Positions 36,849-47,708 of a DNA stretch of 64,000 nucleotides are shown here, one piece after another. This DNA comes from Candidatus Omnitrophota bacterium (GTDB lineage: Bacteria; Omnitrophota; Omnitrophia; Omnitrophales; Aquincolibacteriaceae). The notes under the pieces are model-generated. The model saw only the letters and a list, made by a program, of their open reading frames with translations, had not been told where the DNA came from and did no database searches. The stretch is taken from NCBI GenBank assembly GCA_035368605.1, contig DAOSLF010000001.1, positions 22,877 through 86,876 of the forward strand, in the 5' to 3' direction. Made by a program: the position numbers and the translations under genes. The number at the start of each line of letters is the position of its first letter. Position 1 is the first letter of the stretch.

Positions 36849-37905
36849 GAACGGTTCTTCGCCGGCGCAGTCGGTCAACTGGCTTCGGGCCACGGGTCCC
36901 GAGAACGATGTGGTCGTCAGCTCCCGCATACGGCTCGCGCGCAATCTCGCGAATTACCCGTTCCTGATCAAGATGACGCCCGATCAGCGGATCGCCCTGA
37001 TCGCGGAGATGGAAAAGGCGGTCCGCGCCTCGAGTTTTCTGAAGAAGGCCAACATGATCCTGACGAAGGAGATCGGCGAGATCGACCGGCAGTTCCTTCT
37101 CGAGCGGTATCTGATTTCGAACGCGCTGGTGCGCGAGGACGGTGCGAGCGCGGTTGTGATCACGCCGGATGAAATGGTCAGCCTCATGATGATCGAGGAA
37201 GACCACCTCCGGCTCCAGGTCTTCCAGTCGGGGCTGAACCTTGCCGAGGCGTGGCGCATTGCCGACGAGATCGATATGGAACTCGAAAAGAGCCTTAGTT
37301 ACGCTTTTGACGCGACGCTTGGTTACCTGACGGCCTGCCCGACGAATGTCGGGACCGGTATTCGCGCCTCCTGCATGCTGCATCTGCCGAGCCTTGTGAT
37401 TACGAAACAGATCCAGAAGGTGTTGCAGGCGCTTTCAAAACTGAACCTCGCGGTGCGAGGCCTTTACGGCGAAGGGACACAGGCGCTCGGGAGTTTTTTC
37501 CAGTTCTCGAACCAGATCACGCTCGGACAGCCTGAGACGGAGATCATCTCGAATCTCGAAGGAGTCATTAAACAGGTAATCACGCATGAGCGGGAGGCGC
37601 GGGAATATCTCCGGAAGAAACGCAAAACAAAAATGGAAGACCAGGTGTGGCGGGCGCTCGGCGTTCTGAAATCGGCGAGGCTCATCTCGTCCCAGGAAGC
37701 GATCCAGCTTTTGTCGCTTGTGCAGACCGGTGTCGATACCGGGATCATCGAAGGCCGGGTGACCCACCGGGACCTGAACCAGCTTTTTTTATGGATCCAG
37801 CCCGGGCATCTCCAAAAAATGCACGGGTCGGAACTCAGCGCTGCGGATCGCGACATTCAACGCGCTGACCGGATCCGGACGTTCTTCTCAAAGTTGTTAC
37901 TTTAA
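36841..37905 (+). CDS. mcsB: protein arginine kinase McsB (ATP:guanido phosphotransferase)
   Basis: Phosphagen-kinase signature CPTNVGTGIRAS. Overlaps the mcsA 3' end. Confidence 0.85.
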   Translation: MTENGSSPAQSVNWLRATGPENDVVVSSRIRLARNLANYPFLIKMTPDQRIALIAEMEKAVRASSFLKKANMILTKEIGEIDRQFLLERYLISNALVREDGASAVVITPDEMVSLMMIEEDHLRLQVFQSGLNLAEAWRIADEIDMELEKSLSYAFDATLGYLTACPTNVGTGIRASCMLHLPSLVITKQIQKVLQALSKLNLAVRGLYGEGTQALGSFFQFSNQITLGQPETEIISNLEGVIKQVITHEREAREYLRKKRKTKMEDQVWRALGVLKSARLISSQEAIQLLSLVQTGVDTGIIEGRVTHRDLNQLFLWIQPGHLQKMHGSELSAADRDIQRADRIRTFFSKLLL

Positions 37906-37908
37906 CCC

Positions 37909-39621
37909 ATGAGGATACCGTTTATGAAGAAGCCCCTTCTCGTTCTCATCCTTTCAATATTGTGGGTGCCGGCGAGCGTGTTCGCGGAAAATGTGACAGC
38001 TGATTCGAGGATCAGTCAGGTGACGGTGTATTCGAATGATGCCTTTGTTACGCGCGCGGCAACGGTCGAGGTCAATCCGGGCGACACCAGGGTCGTGTTG
38101 CCGAATCTTGTGGCCGCTTTCGATCCGGACTCGCTTCGCGTGAGGGGCCGCGGGACCGCCGCCGTGAAAATCCTGGGTGCCCAGGTTGAGAGGGCTTTTC
38201 TCAAGGAAACCCCTGTCGCAAGGGTGAAGGAGCTTGAAGCGCAGATCGAAGGGATCGAGGACCAGAATAAAAAACTTGAGAACGAGAAGAATGTTTTGAA
38301 GGAAGAGAAATCTTACCTGGATTCGATCAGGCTCTTCGCGGGGCAGAAACTTCCCGAGGACCTGGTGACCAGGATGCCGACCGCCCAGGATCTGGAATCA
38401 ACGCTTGTATTCCTGGGTACCAGGTTGAAGGAGAATTTCAGCCGCGGTCTGGCGATCGACCTTGAGATCCGTGAGAACGTGAAGAAGCTTGAGGTCCTGC
38501 GCCGCGAACTCGCCGAGCTCTCCGGTTACGGGCAGAAGGTGAAATACTCCGTCGTGGTGGATATCGAAGTGGCGAAAGCCGGTCGACTCGATCTCGAGGC
38601 CGCCTACAAGGTCGGCGGGGCATCGTGGGAATCCGTCTATGATGCCCGCGCCCAGCTTGACAAGGCTAGGACCGAGCTTGTGACCTATGCGATTGTCCGC
38701 CAGACCACGGGCGAACCCTGGGATGATGTGGATATGACACTTTCGACGGCGCAGGTGAATGCCGGCGGCAGCATGCCTGAGGTGAACAGCTGGTTCATTC
38801 ATCCGTATCAGCCGCCGGTGCCTGTGAATCGCGGAAAAATGATGTATGCGGCAAAGGCTGGGTCCCTGGAGGCAAAGTCGCCGGGTGACTTTGACATGAT
38901 GAGAGCTTCGGCGGCCCCGCCACAGCTCGCGATGGAACCCGAAATGATGATCGCCGAAACGGCTTATACCCAGGCCGAAAGCAAGGGCATCTCCGTTGTT
39001 TACAAACTGCCCCGGCGAGTTACGATCAAACCGGACGGAGCCGATCACAAAGTGCCGGTGACCGCCCAGGACCTGGTCTCCAACTTCGAATATTCCGCGT
39101 ATCCGAAAATGGTCCCGGTCGCATATCTCAAGAGCCGGGTCACGAACGCGAAAGATATCCAGCTTTTGGGAGGCAAGGTGAATGTCTTCTTTGAAGGGGA
39201 TTTCGTCGGGAACTCCCGTATCCCGAACATCGCTCCGGGCGAGGAATTTGACCTTTATCTGGGCGCGGACGACAACGTGAAAGTGAAGCGGGAATTGCTC
39301 GAGAAGAAATCCGATAATGTCCTGATCGGCAATATTCCGTCGTCCACCAAGAAAATCGCTTATAAATACAAGCTGACAGCCGAAAATTATAAGGCCCAGG
39401 CCGGTAAACTCAGCCTGTTCGAGGCGATCCCGGTCTCCCAGGATGAGCGCATCAAGGTCAAGGTCACTCAGATCAGCCAGGAACCCCAGGACAAGGACTG
39501 GAAGGACAGGAAGGGTGTCTGGCGCTGGGAGCTTCAGCTTGAACCGAAAGCCAAAAAAGAGATTTTCTACACCGTGACCGTTGAGTTCCCGCGGGACATG
39601 ACGGTGGAGGGACTCGAGTAA
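37909..39621 (+). CDS. secreted coiled-coil protein, DUF4140/DUF4139-like (hypothetical)
   Basis: Signal peptide MKKPLLVLILSILWVPASVFA. N-terminal VTVYSNDAFVTRAATVEV. Long coiled-coil. Family assignment is from memory only. Confidence 0.45.
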   Translation: MRIPFMKKPLLVLILSILWVPASVFAENVTADSRISQVTVYSNDAFVTRAATVEVNPGDTRVVLPNLVAAFDPDSLRVRGRGTAAVKILGAQVERAFLKETPVARVKELEAQIEGIEDQNKKLENEKNVLKEEKSYLDSIRLFAGQKLPEDLVTRMPTAQDLESTLVFLGTRLKENFSRGLAIDLEIRENVKKLEVLRRELAELSGYGQKVKYSVVVDIEVAKAGRLDLEAAYKVGGASWESVYDARAQLDKARTELVTYAIVRQTTGEPWDDVDMTLSTAQVNAGGSMPEVNSWFIHPYQPPVPVNRGKMMYAAKAGSLEAKSPGDFDMMRASAAPPQLAMEPEMMIAETAYTQAESKGISVVYKLPRRVTIKPDGADHKVPVTAQDLVSNFEYSAYPKMVPVAYLKSRVTNAKDIQLLGGKVNVFFEGDFVGNSRIPNIAPGEEFDLYLGADDNVKVKRELLEKKSDNVLIGNIPSSTKKIAYKYKLTAENYKAQAGKLSLFEAIPVSQDERIKVKVTQISQEPQDKDWKDRKGVWRWELQLEPKAKKEIFYTVTVEFPRDMTVEGLE

Positions 39622-39667
39622 GCGAGTGTCGTTCGTCATCGTACCATAAAATCTCCGGAGGTTTTTC

Positions 39668-42130
39668 ATGTTCGACCGTTTCACCGAGCGAGCCCGCAAG
39701 GTCATCATCCTTGCGAAGGAAGAGGCCAAACGCTTCAATCACGATTACATTGGGACCGAGCACATCCTTCTCGGTCTGATCAAAGAGGGGGAGAGCGTCG
39801 CTGCGGCTGTACTGCAGAACCTCGGACTTTCGCTCGACACGATCCGTCTCGAGATCGAGAAGCTCGTGCAGTTTGGACCAAGCACCGTTGTGTCAGGGGA
39901 TATCCCGTTCACGCCCAAGGCGAAAAAGGTCATCGAGCTCGCAATGGACGAGGCGCGCCGGCTTGGGCACAACTACATCGGGACCGAGCATCTGCTGCTC
40001 GGTCTCATCAAGGAGGGGGAAGGCGTTGCGAGTCACGTGCTCACGAACGTCGGCCTTGACCTCAATAAGGTCCGTTCAGAAGTCATCAAGCTTCTCGGAT
40101 CGGCTTCGCCCGGCGGCGATGCGGGCGGTGCCCCGGGACAACCGGCTTCCGGGATCGGGGGCGGCAGCAAGGCAAAGACCAAAACGCCGGCGCTCGACGC
40201 TTTTGGACGCGATCTTTCGCAGCTCGCGCGTGAGGGAAAACTCGACCCCGTGGTCGGCCGCCATGACGAGATCGAGCGCGTGATCCAGATTCTCGCCCGG
40301 CGCACAAAGAACAACCCGGTGCTTCTCGGAGAGGCCGGGGTCGGCAAGACCGCGATCGTTGAAGGGCTCGCCCAGAGGATCATCGCGGGCGATGTCCCGG
40401 AGATTCTGATCGACAAGCGCATGATCGTGCTGGATCTTGCTTTGATGGTTGCCGGTACGAAATACCGCGGGCAGTTCGAGGAACGCATCAAGGCGGTGAT
40501 GGACGAGATCCGCCGCGCCGACAACGTGATTATTTTCATCGACGAGCTTCACACTCTGGTAGGGGCCGGCGGCGCGGAAGGCGCGATTGATGCATCGAAC
40601 ATCTTGAAGCCATCGCTTTCCCGCGGCGAGATCCAGTGCATTGGCGCGACGACGCTCGACGAATACCGTAAATACATCGAAAAGGACGCCGCGTTGGCCC
40701 GCCGTTTCCAGACCGTCATCGTCGATCCTCCCTCGGTCGACGACACGATCCAGATTCTGAAAGGCCTTCGCGATAAGTATGAGGCGCATCACCGGGTCAA
40801 GATCACCGATGAAGCCCTCTCCGAAGCCGCGAAACTCTCCGACCGCTATATTTCCGGCCGGTTCCTTCCGGACAAAGCGATCGATATTATCGATGAGGCC
40901 GCTTCGCGCGCCCGTCTTTCCGTGACGACGCTCCCGAAGGACCTGAAGAAAATGGAGACCGAGATCGAATCGCTTCGCCGTGAAAAAGAAGCTTCGATCA
41001 AGGGACAGGATTTCGAAAAGGCCGCAAAGCTCCGGGACGAGGAACGCAAGGCCAAGGAAGACCTCCAAAAGATGAAGAAGAGCTGGAAGGAATCCAAATC
41101 CGAGGTCGAAATCCAGGTGACGGGTGAGGATATCGCGTTCGTGGTCTCGAAGTGGACCGGTGTTCCGCTCGCACGTCTTGAAGAAAAAGAGACCGCGCGT
41201 CTTCTCAAGATGGAGGAAGAAATCCATAAACGGATTATCGGCCAGGACGAGGCGATCCGGGCGATCGCGCACGCGGTCCGCCGCTCGCGGTCCGGGCTCC
41301 GCAATCCGCGCCGTCCCATCGGCACCTTTATTTTTCTCGGTCCCACAGGTGTCGGCAAGACGCTGCTCGCGCGCGCTCTCGCCGAGTTTATGTTCGGCGA
41401 CGAAGACGCCATCATCACGGTCGATTGCTCCGAATATGGTGAGAAGTTCAACGTCTCACGTCTCGTCGGTGCGCCCCCCGGCTATGTCGGGTACGAAGAG
41501 GGCGGTCAGTTGACGGAAAAGGTGCGCCGGCGCCCCTATTCGGTGGTGTTGCTTGACGAGATCGAAAAAGCGCATCCGGACGTTTTTAATATCCTTCTCC
41601 AGCTGATGGAGGAAGGCCGGCTGACGGATTCTTTCGGCCGCAAGGTGGACTTCCGGAACACGATCGTCATTATGACCTCCAACGTCGGCGCGGATCTCGT
41701 CCGCAAACAGGGCGACCTTGGCTTTACGGTCAAAAAGGACGATCTGAACTACGACAATCTCAAGACGAAGCTCCTCGATGAGACCAGGAGAGTCTTTCGT
41801 CCGGAGTTCTTGAACCGGGTCGACGACATCATCGTCTTTCACCCGTTGACGCGCCAGGACCTCGAACAAATCATTGATATCGAGCTCGGCGAGGTCAAGG
41901 ATCGGCTCAAGGAAAAGAAGATGGAACTTTTGCTCTCCGATGAGGTGCTCAAGTTCCTGATCGACCAGGGTTATGATCCCGTGTTTGGTGCCCGACCGCT
42001 CAAGCGGACGATCCAGCGGCATATCGAAAACATTCTTGCTGAGGAAATCCTTGGCGGCAAGTTCCGGGAAGGTGACAAGATACGAGCGGAAGTCCGCGGT
42101 GACAGGATCGTTTTTGAGAAAGCGACCTGA
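39668..42130 (+). CDS. clpC: ATP-dependent Clp protease ATP-binding subunit ClpC
   Basis: Two Clp_N repeats. Two AAA modules (GEAGVGKT; GPTGVGKT). Middle UVR motif ([15 protein letters not shown]). Confidence 0.95.
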   Translation: MFDRFTERARKVIILAKEEAKRFNHDYIGTEHILLGLIKEGESVAAAVLQNLGLSLDTIRLEIEKLVQFGPSTVVSGDIPFTPKAKKVIELAMDEARRLGHNYIGTEHLLLGLIKEGEGVASHVLTNVGLDLNKVRSEVIKLLGSASPGGDAGGAPGQPASGIGGGSKAKTKTPALDAFGRDLSQLAREGKLDPVVGRHDEIERVIQILARRTKNNPVLLGEAGVGKTAIVEGLAQRIIAGDVPEILIDKRMIVLDLALMVAGTKYRGQFEERIKAVMDEIRRADNVIIFIDELHTLVGAGGAEGAIDASNILKPSLSRGEIQCIGATTLDEYRKYIEKDAALARRFQTVIVDPPSVDDTIQILKGLRDKYEAHHRVKITDEALSEAAKLSDRYISGRFLPDKAIDIIDEAASRARLSVTTLPKDLKKMETEIESLRREKEASIKGQDFEKAAKLRDEERKAKEDLQKMKKSWKESKSEVEIQVTGEDIAFVVSKWTGVPLARLEEKETARLLKMEEEIHKRIIGQDEAIRAIAHAVRRSRSGLRNPRRPIGTFIFLGPTGVGKTLLARALAEFMFGDEDAIITVDCSEYGEKFNVSRLVGAPPGYVGYEEGGQLTEKVRRRPYSVVLLDEIEKAHPDVFNILLQLMEEGRLTDSFGRKVDFRNTIVIMTSNVGADLVRKQGDLGFTVKKDDLNYDNLKTKLLDETRRVFRPEFLNRVDDIIVFHPLTRQDLEQIIDIELGEVKDRLKEKKMELLLSDEVLKFLIDQGYDPVFGARPLKRTIQRHIENILAEEILGGKFREGDKIRAEVRGDRIVFEKAT

Positions 42131-42136
42131 CGCCTT

Positions 42137-44053
42137 GTGAAAAAACGCCGAATCCTCAGACTCATCCTTCTGCTGGCGGTTCTGGCTGCGCTGGTGGCGG
42201 GAGGGGCCGTTCGTGTGGTTCTTTCACGGGTTGCCGCATCCGACGAGTTCCGGATCTTTGCTGAACAACGCGCCGGAGAATACCTTAAGGCTAAGGTTTC
42301 GATCGGCAATATCCGCCCCTACCGTTTCAACCAACTTGCGCTTGAGAATGTTATCATCGAATTTCCCCCGATGGGAGGCGGCTCTCAGCTGGTCCGTCTG
42401 GACCGTCTCATTTTCTGTTATCACCTCAGCCAGTTGTGGAACCGCAACCTGGAGGCTCCGGCCGGGGTGACGTTCCGGAATCCGTCGATGATTGTTGAAA
42501 ATGGGGATTTCCCGTATCAGTATTTTGAAACTCCCGCCCGGGCCGAGATGCCGGCCCTCAATTTCAAGGGCGGAGAGATCCGCTATCATATTCCCACCAT
42601 CGGAAGGGAGATCGTTCTCCGGGATATCGATGGCAAGGTCACGCCCGACGCCGAATTGAAGGTCCGGATCGATATCCGGGCGTCTGCCAGCGGATTTCTC
42701 GAAGGGGATGTGTTTGTGCGCGGGGTGGTGGACCCCGTCCGGCGGACACATGATCTGTGGCTTGAACTCGGAGGCATGGATTTCTCCCGTGATATTCCGC
42801 TCCCGTTCCGCGGCCTGACCGGTAAAATTCACTGGACCGGCAAGAATCTCGCCTTTAATGATGTCGCGACGGTCGTCCACGGCTGGTCGGCGAAGCTATC
42901 GGGCAAATTTTCGAGCGAGGACGGTAAGCCGCAACTGAGTTTTCGTTCGCTGATCGGAAAGGAAAATCCGTGGATTACCCTCGATTTCATGCTGGATCTT
43001 TCCGGCCAGCGGGTTGAAGGAGGCCTGGATATCGCCGGCGCGGGTCGCTATTCCTTTGACGGTAGCGCACGTTTGGCCGGCCGGCGCTTCATCATGGATT
43101 CGCTCATGCTGAACGGTCTCTACCAGGGGCGCGGGGAACTCGATTTCGCTTCCGGTAATTATGAAATAGCCGTTGAAAAGGGCTCCAGGCGGATCTCGGT
43201 GATGTCAAATCTCCGGGGTCTTGATTTTACCGTTCGCGGCAAGCTGGACCACCTGGACCTTTTTGGCATGGATGCCGTGACGCAGGGCCGGCTCTATATT
43301 CACGCGCTTGACCCGGCGTGGCAGGACCGGCAGTTCCGTTTCAAGGCGGATCTCGAAACCGATTACTTCATCATTAACCAGGAACCGCTTCAGGACCTGA
43401 AAGGGTCTTTTGATATCAGTCCCATGGGGATTACCGGTATCCGGTTCTCGTGGGGCCGAAAATTCGAAATGACCGGCCAGGTGATGCCCCCCCTCAAGGC
43501 GCCCCAGGCGAAACTTGTGATCCGGACGGTGAGTTTCGATCTCGGGCAGGTACAGTTTTTTGCCTCCAGGCCGCTTCCTAAAGAACTCGGCGGCCTGATG
43601 GATGGGAAGCTATCGATCGAAGGAGATCTCCGCAGGCCAGAGTTCGCCGCGACCATCAACATCCGTGACGGGAAGTGGGGAAAGATCGACTATGACCGGG
43701 GGATCATCCAGTTCCGCGGTTTTTCGCCTTACTTCCCACTGCAGGATTCCAAGATATGGAAAGGGCGTAGTGTCTTTTTTTTGACGGGTGCGGTGGATTT
43801 GACGCTTGACAACATGCTCGCGGGCGTAAAAATAGAGACTTTGGACAGACTGGTCGTGTGGAAGGGGTTTGAGGTTACCCTTCATGAGAAGGACAGTAGC
43901 GTTCAGCTCGTGAAGGGTACCAATATCGATGTTCCCGTGCCGTCGATCGATGTCGGGGCGGTCAGGCCGTCCGGGGATCGAAACGGTAACAGGGACGGAG
44001 ACGGAAGGCCGGATGAAAAGGGCCTTACCGTGGGGACGAAACTGAAGTTCTAG
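42137..44053 (+). CDS. large membrane-anchored/exported protein, possibly AsmA/TamB-like (uncertain)
   Basis: GTG start. N-terminal TM (ILRLILLLAVLAALVAG) then a 600-aa beta-rich region. Immediately upstream of mlaEFD. Confidence 0.35.
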   Translation: MKKRRILRLILLLAVLAALVAGGAVRVVLSRVAASDEFRIFAEQRAGEYLKAKVSIGNIRPYRFNQLALENVIIEFPPMGGGSQLVRLDRLIFCYHLSQLWNRNLEAPAGVTFRNPSMIVENGDFPYQYFETPARAEMPALNFKGGEIRYHIPTIGREIVLRDIDGKVTPDAELKVRIDIRASASGFLEGDVFVRGVVDPVRRTHDLWLELGGMDFSRDIPLPFRGLTGKIHWTGKNLAFNDVATVVHGWSAKLSGKFSSEDGKPQLSFRSLIGKENPWITLDFMLDLSGQRVEGGLDIAGAGRYSFDGSARLAGRRFIMDSLMLNGLYQGRGELDFASGNYEIAVEKGSRRISVMSNLRGLDFTVRGKLDHLDLFGMDAVTQGRLYIHALDPAWQDRQFRFKADLETDYFIINQEPLQDLKGSFDISPMGITGIRFSWGRKFEMTGQVMPPLKAPQAKLVIRTVSFDLGQVQFFASRPLPKELGGLMDGKLSIEGDLRRPEFAATINIRDGKWGKIDYDRGIIQFRGFSPYFPLQDSKIWKGRSVFFLTGAVDLTLDNMLAGVKIETLDRLVVWKGFEVTLHEKDSSVQLVKGTNIDVPVPSIDVGAVRPSGDRNGNRDGDGRPDEKGLTVGTKLKF

Positions 44054-44060
44054 GAGCTTT

Positions 44061-44873
44061 ATGACGCGGTGGGGGAATCTTAAAAGACTGGTCAGTGTCA
44101 GGTCCTGGCTCGGGCATTTTGGCGGGCTGTGCGTTGAGTTTTTTGAGGATGCGGGCGGGATCGCCCTTCTCTTTCGGGATACCTGTGCGCATCTTTTCAG
44201 GAACAGGATTCGATGGAAAATGACGCTCGATCAGATGAACAAGATCGGCGTGATGTCATTGCCGCTTGTCTTCCTGACATCACTCTTCACGGGGATGGTG
44301 CTGGCTCTCCAGTCCGCTTATCAGCTCCGTCTCTTCGCGGCTGAAAAGTTCACGTCCGACCTGATCGCGGTTTCCCTGTGTCGCGAGCTCGGTCCGGTCC
44401 TCACCGCAATGGTCGTCGCGGGCCGCGTCGGCGCCTCGATCGCTGCGGAGCTCGGGACCATGAAGGTCACCGAACAGATCGACGCACTGAAGGCGCTTGC
44501 CGCGAGCCCGATCCAGTATCTCGTGATCCCCCGATTCGTTGCGGCGCTTTTCATGCTTTTCGTGCTGACGATCTACGCGGATTGCATCGGGATGTTCGGC
44601 GGGTACCTGATTTCGGTTTTCAAGCTCGGCATGAGTTCTCACACGTACATCAAACGCGGCATGGACGCGCTTATGGTGAAGGACGTTGTGACGGGGCTCA
44701 TTAAAGCGTTTTTCTTCGGGGGGTTCATTTCGATCGTGGGATGTTTCTACGGTTTCCGCGCACGCGGCGGCGCCGAAGGCGTGGGACGTGCGACGACGCT
44801 TGCGGTCGTTGTTTCGCTGATTCTCGTCATCGCTTCGGACGCGCTTTTTTCCGCGATTTTTTATTTCTTTTAA
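44061..44873 (+). CDS. mlaE: MlaE-family ABC transporter permease
   Basis: LALQSAYQLRLFAAEKFTSDLIAVSLCRELGPVLTAMVVAGRVGASIAAELGTMKVTEQIDAL matches the MlaE/YrbE core. Confidence 0.8.
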   Translation: MTRWGNLKRLVSVRSWLGHFGGLCVEFFEDAGGIALLFRDTCAHLFRNRIRWKMTLDQMNKIGVMSLPLVFLTSLFTGMVLALQSAYQLRLFAAEKFTSDLIAVSLCRELGPVLTAMVVAGRVGASIAAELGTMKVTEQIDALKALAASPIQYLVIPRFVAALFMLFVLTIYADCIGMFGGYLISVFKLGMSSHTYIKRGMDALMVKDVVTGLIKAFFFGGFISIVGCFYGFRARGGAEGVGRATTLAVVVSLILVIASDALFSAIFYFF

Positions 44874-44888
44874 AGGAATAATGTTTTT

Positions 44889-45659
44889 ATGATCGAGATC
44901 AAAAACGTTCATAAATGGTTTGGAGCGAATCACGTCCTGCGGGGTGTGGATCTGGAGATCCAGAAAGGCGAGACGCTTGTTATCATCGGGCGCTCCGGCT
45001 GTGGGAAGAGTGTTCTCCTCAAACATATCATTGCTATCCTGGAGCCTGACGAAGGCGATATCCGCATCGATGGGCGTTCGATGTTCGCCATGACGCCCGG
45101 TGAACAGGACGAATTTCGCTTGCGGCTGGGGATGCTCTTCCAGGGGGCCGCGCTCTTTGACTCATTAAATGTCCGGGAGAATGTCGGGTTTTCCCTTTAT
45201 GAACACACAAAACTTGCCGAGGAGACGATCAGCGCCCGGGTCAAGGAAAAGCTCGGGCTTGTGGGACTCAGTGGTATCGAAGACCTGATGCCGTCGAGCC
45301 TTTCGGGAGGAATGAAGAAGAGGGTTGGGCTCGCGCGTGCGATTTGCAGCGAGCCGGAGATTATTCTGTATGACGAACCGACGACGGGTCTGGATCCGAT
45401 CAACGCTGACGTGATAAACGATCTTATTCTGCGGATGCAGGCCAAACTCAAGGTGACCTCGATCGTTGTGACCCACGACATGACGAGCGCCTACAAGGTC
45501 GGCAACCGGATCGCGATGCTTTACGAAGGAAAGATCATCGGTCTTGGGACGCCGGACGAGATCCGGAGTTCCCGGAACCCGGTCATCCGGCAGTTTATCA
45601 CGGGATCGGCCAACGGCCCGATCACGAACGGAACGAAAAAGGAAACGGAGAATATATGA
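44889..45659 (+). CDS. mlaF: MlaF-family ABC transporter ATP-binding protein
   Basis: Walker A GRSGCGKS, signature LSGGMKKRVGLARA, Walker B ILYDEPTTGLD. Confidence 0.85.
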   Translation: MIEIKNVHKWFGANHVLRGVDLEIQKGETLVIIGRSGCGKSVLLKHIIAILEPDEGDIRIDGRSMFAMTPGEQDEFRLRLGMLFQGAALFDSLNVRENVGFSLYEHTKLAEETISARVKEKLGLVGLSGIEDLMPSSLSGGMKKRVGLARAICSEPEIILYDEPTTGLDPINADVINDLILRMQAKLKVTSIVVTHDMTSAYKVGNRIAMLYEGKIIGLGTPDEIRSSRNPVIRQFITGSANGPITNGTKKETENI

Positions 45660-46474
45660 AAAAAAATACCAATGAGATGGCGGTCGGCGTTTTCGTGATT
45701 GTCGGCTTCATTTTTCTTACGATGGTGCTTTTCTTTGTCAGCGGCGTCTACCTGTTCCGGTCCGGCTACGGTCTCAGGATCATGTACGAGTATGTGAGCA
45801 TTCTGGACCGGGGGGCGCCCGTGAGGATGGCGGGTGTCCGGGTGGGCGAGGTCAGCAAGGTGCGGTTGTTCTTTGACGAGATGAAGAAAAAGAACCGCGT
45901 GGAGGTGAAGCTTTTCATTGAAAAGGGAGTGGAAATCGGTGAGAATTACCAATTCAAGATCCAGGGAACGCATATCCTGAGCGAGCCCCATATAGAGATC
46001 ACACCCGTGGTCGGCGCTACCCGCCTCCTGAAGGACGGCGATTCGGTTGAAGGTGTAAGCCCGGTAGCTGTGGAAGAGCTGGTTGAGCGGGCTCACGAGA
46101 TCTCAAACCAGATCTCGGAGATCATGGCGAAGTTCCGTGCCGGTGTCGAGTCTGATGGGACGATCGAGGATCTGAAGACCATGGTCAAAAACTTCTCCGA
46201 TATCAGTACCGCGCTCAACACCACCGTGGGAGGTTCCGAAGGCCGGCTCAAACAGAGCGTTCAGAATATCGAATCATCAACCGATTCACTAAGCAAGATT
46301 CTTGATGGAGTCGAACGGGGGGAAGGGACCCTCGGAAAACTCCTCAGGGAGGACGAACTTTACGAAGAGATGTGCGCCTTCGTCAAGGATATCCGCGCCC
46401 ATCCCTGGAAATTGCTGAAAAAAGATTCCAAGGATGGAAAGAAAAAGAAGTGGTATTACCTGTTCCTGAAATGA
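45656..46474 (+). CDS. mlaD: MlaD-family MCE-domain protein
   Basis: N-terminal TM then MCE domain (RSGYGLRIMYEYVSILDRGAPVRMAGVRVGEV). Confidence 0.75.
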   Translation: MKKNTNEMAVGVFVIVGFIFLTMVLFFVSGVYLFRSGYGLRIMYEYVSILDRGAPVRMAGVRVGEVSKVRLFFDEMKKKNRVEVKLFIEKGVEIGENYQFKIQGTHILSEPHIEITPVVGATRLLKDGDSVEGVSPVAVEELVERAHEISNQISEIMAKFRAGVESDGTIEDLKTMVKNFSDISTALNTTVGGSEGRLKQSVQNIESSTDSLSKILDGVERGEGTLGKLLREDELYEEMCAFVKDIRAHPWKLLKKDSKDGKKKKWYYLFLK

Positions 46475-46524
46475 GCGAATAAATATCTTCTATTTGTTCG
46501 GAAGTGACCAAAGGAGTTGTGATT

Positions 46525-47673
46525 ATGATCATATTTATCCGGTGTTTGTTTGTCCTGTGCTGCGCGGCGGTGGGCTGGTCGATGCAGATGCAGACCTTTT
46601 TGAACATCCAGCTGCCGCATGGGGCCTGGATCTCGGCTGTGGTTGGCGGGATCGTCGGCAGTCTCATCGTGCTGATCGATATTTTCTTCAAGCAGTATAC
46701 GGTCCGCAACATCCTGTCAGTCATCGTGGGGCTTGCGTTCGGCCTTTTGACGCACAAGCTGTTCATGACGGTGGTGGCGTACGGGAATCTGACGCCTGAA
46801 CAGAGCCGGATCCTTGCGATTTCATCGGCGATCCTTTTCTCGTATCTTGGCATTATCACGATTCTCCGCGGCCAGGATGAGTTTGCCCTGATGATCCCGT
46901 TCGTGCGCCTCGACACAAAGGGGACGGGGGAGGATCTCGTACTGCTCGACACCTCCGTGATTATCGACGGTCGTATCGCCGACATCGCGAACACCCATTT
47001 CCTCGGCGGGAAGCTCATCCTTCCCCGTTTCGTCCTGAAAGAGCTTCAGCTTATCGCGGATTCTTCGGATCCCCTCAAACGCAACCGGGGTCGTCGCGGT
47101 CTCGATGTCCTGAATGCGATCCGCGAGAACCCGAACATCAACGTCAAGATCCACGAAATGGATTTTCCCGAGTTCAACACCGTGGACGCGAAACTCGTGA
47201 AGATGGCCCAGGTCATCGAGGCGAAGGTGTTCACGAATGACTACAACCTCAACAAGGTTGCCGAATTACAGGGAGTCAAGGTTCTCAATATCAATGATCT
47301 CGCGAACGCGCTCAAGCCCGTCGTGATGCCCGGTGAAGAGATGGAGATCAAGATTCTCAAGGAAGGCAAGGAGCATGAGCAGGGCGTGGCGTATCTGGAC
47401 GACGGGACGATGGTCGTCGTGGATTCCGCGCGCCGCCGGATCGGTCAGACCGTTCGCGTGACGATCACGAGCGTGCTGCAAACCCAGGCCGGGCGCATGA
47501 TCTTCGCAAAGCTTTCGGATGATTCGGACGGGCGGCGCGATCGGCATGACAGGGGACGCGGGGACCGCTGGCATGACAACCGGGGCCGGGATCAGCGCTC
47601 CCGCGGAAATGGGCACGGTCAGCACCAGCCATCCTCCAGCCCGGGTCAACAGGGCCCGGGACAGAACGCCTAG
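46525..47673 (+). CDS. yacL: PIN/TRAM domain membrane protein (YacL-like)
   Basis: AAGGAG RBS then ATG 46525. N-terminal TM helices. PIN domain ([17 protein letters not shown]). TRAM domain ([11 protein letters not shown]). Lies upstream of ispDF, as in known yacL-ispD-ispF arrangements. Confidence 0.7.
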   Translation: MIIFIRCLFVLCCAAVGWSMQMQTFLNIQLPHGAWISAVVGGIVGSLIVLIDIFFKQYTVRNILSVIVGLAFGLLTHKLFMTVVAYGNLTPEQSRILAISSAILFSYLGIITILRGQDEFALMIPFVRLDTKGTGEDLVLLDTSVIIDGRIADIANTHFLGGKLILPRFVLKELQLIADSSDPLKRNRGRRGLDVLNAIRENPNINVKIHEMDFPEFNTVDAKLVKMAQVIEAKVFTNDYNLNKVAELQGVKVLNINDLANALKPVVMPGEEMEIKILKEGKEHEQGVAYLDDGTMVVVDSARRRIGQTVRVTITSVLQTQAGRMIFAKLSDDSDGRRDRHDRGRGDRWHDNRGRDQRSRGNGHGQHQPSSSPGQQGPGQNA

Positions 47674-47708
47674 CCCATAGCGCATTCGCCCGGGATCGCT
47701 GTGATCTG

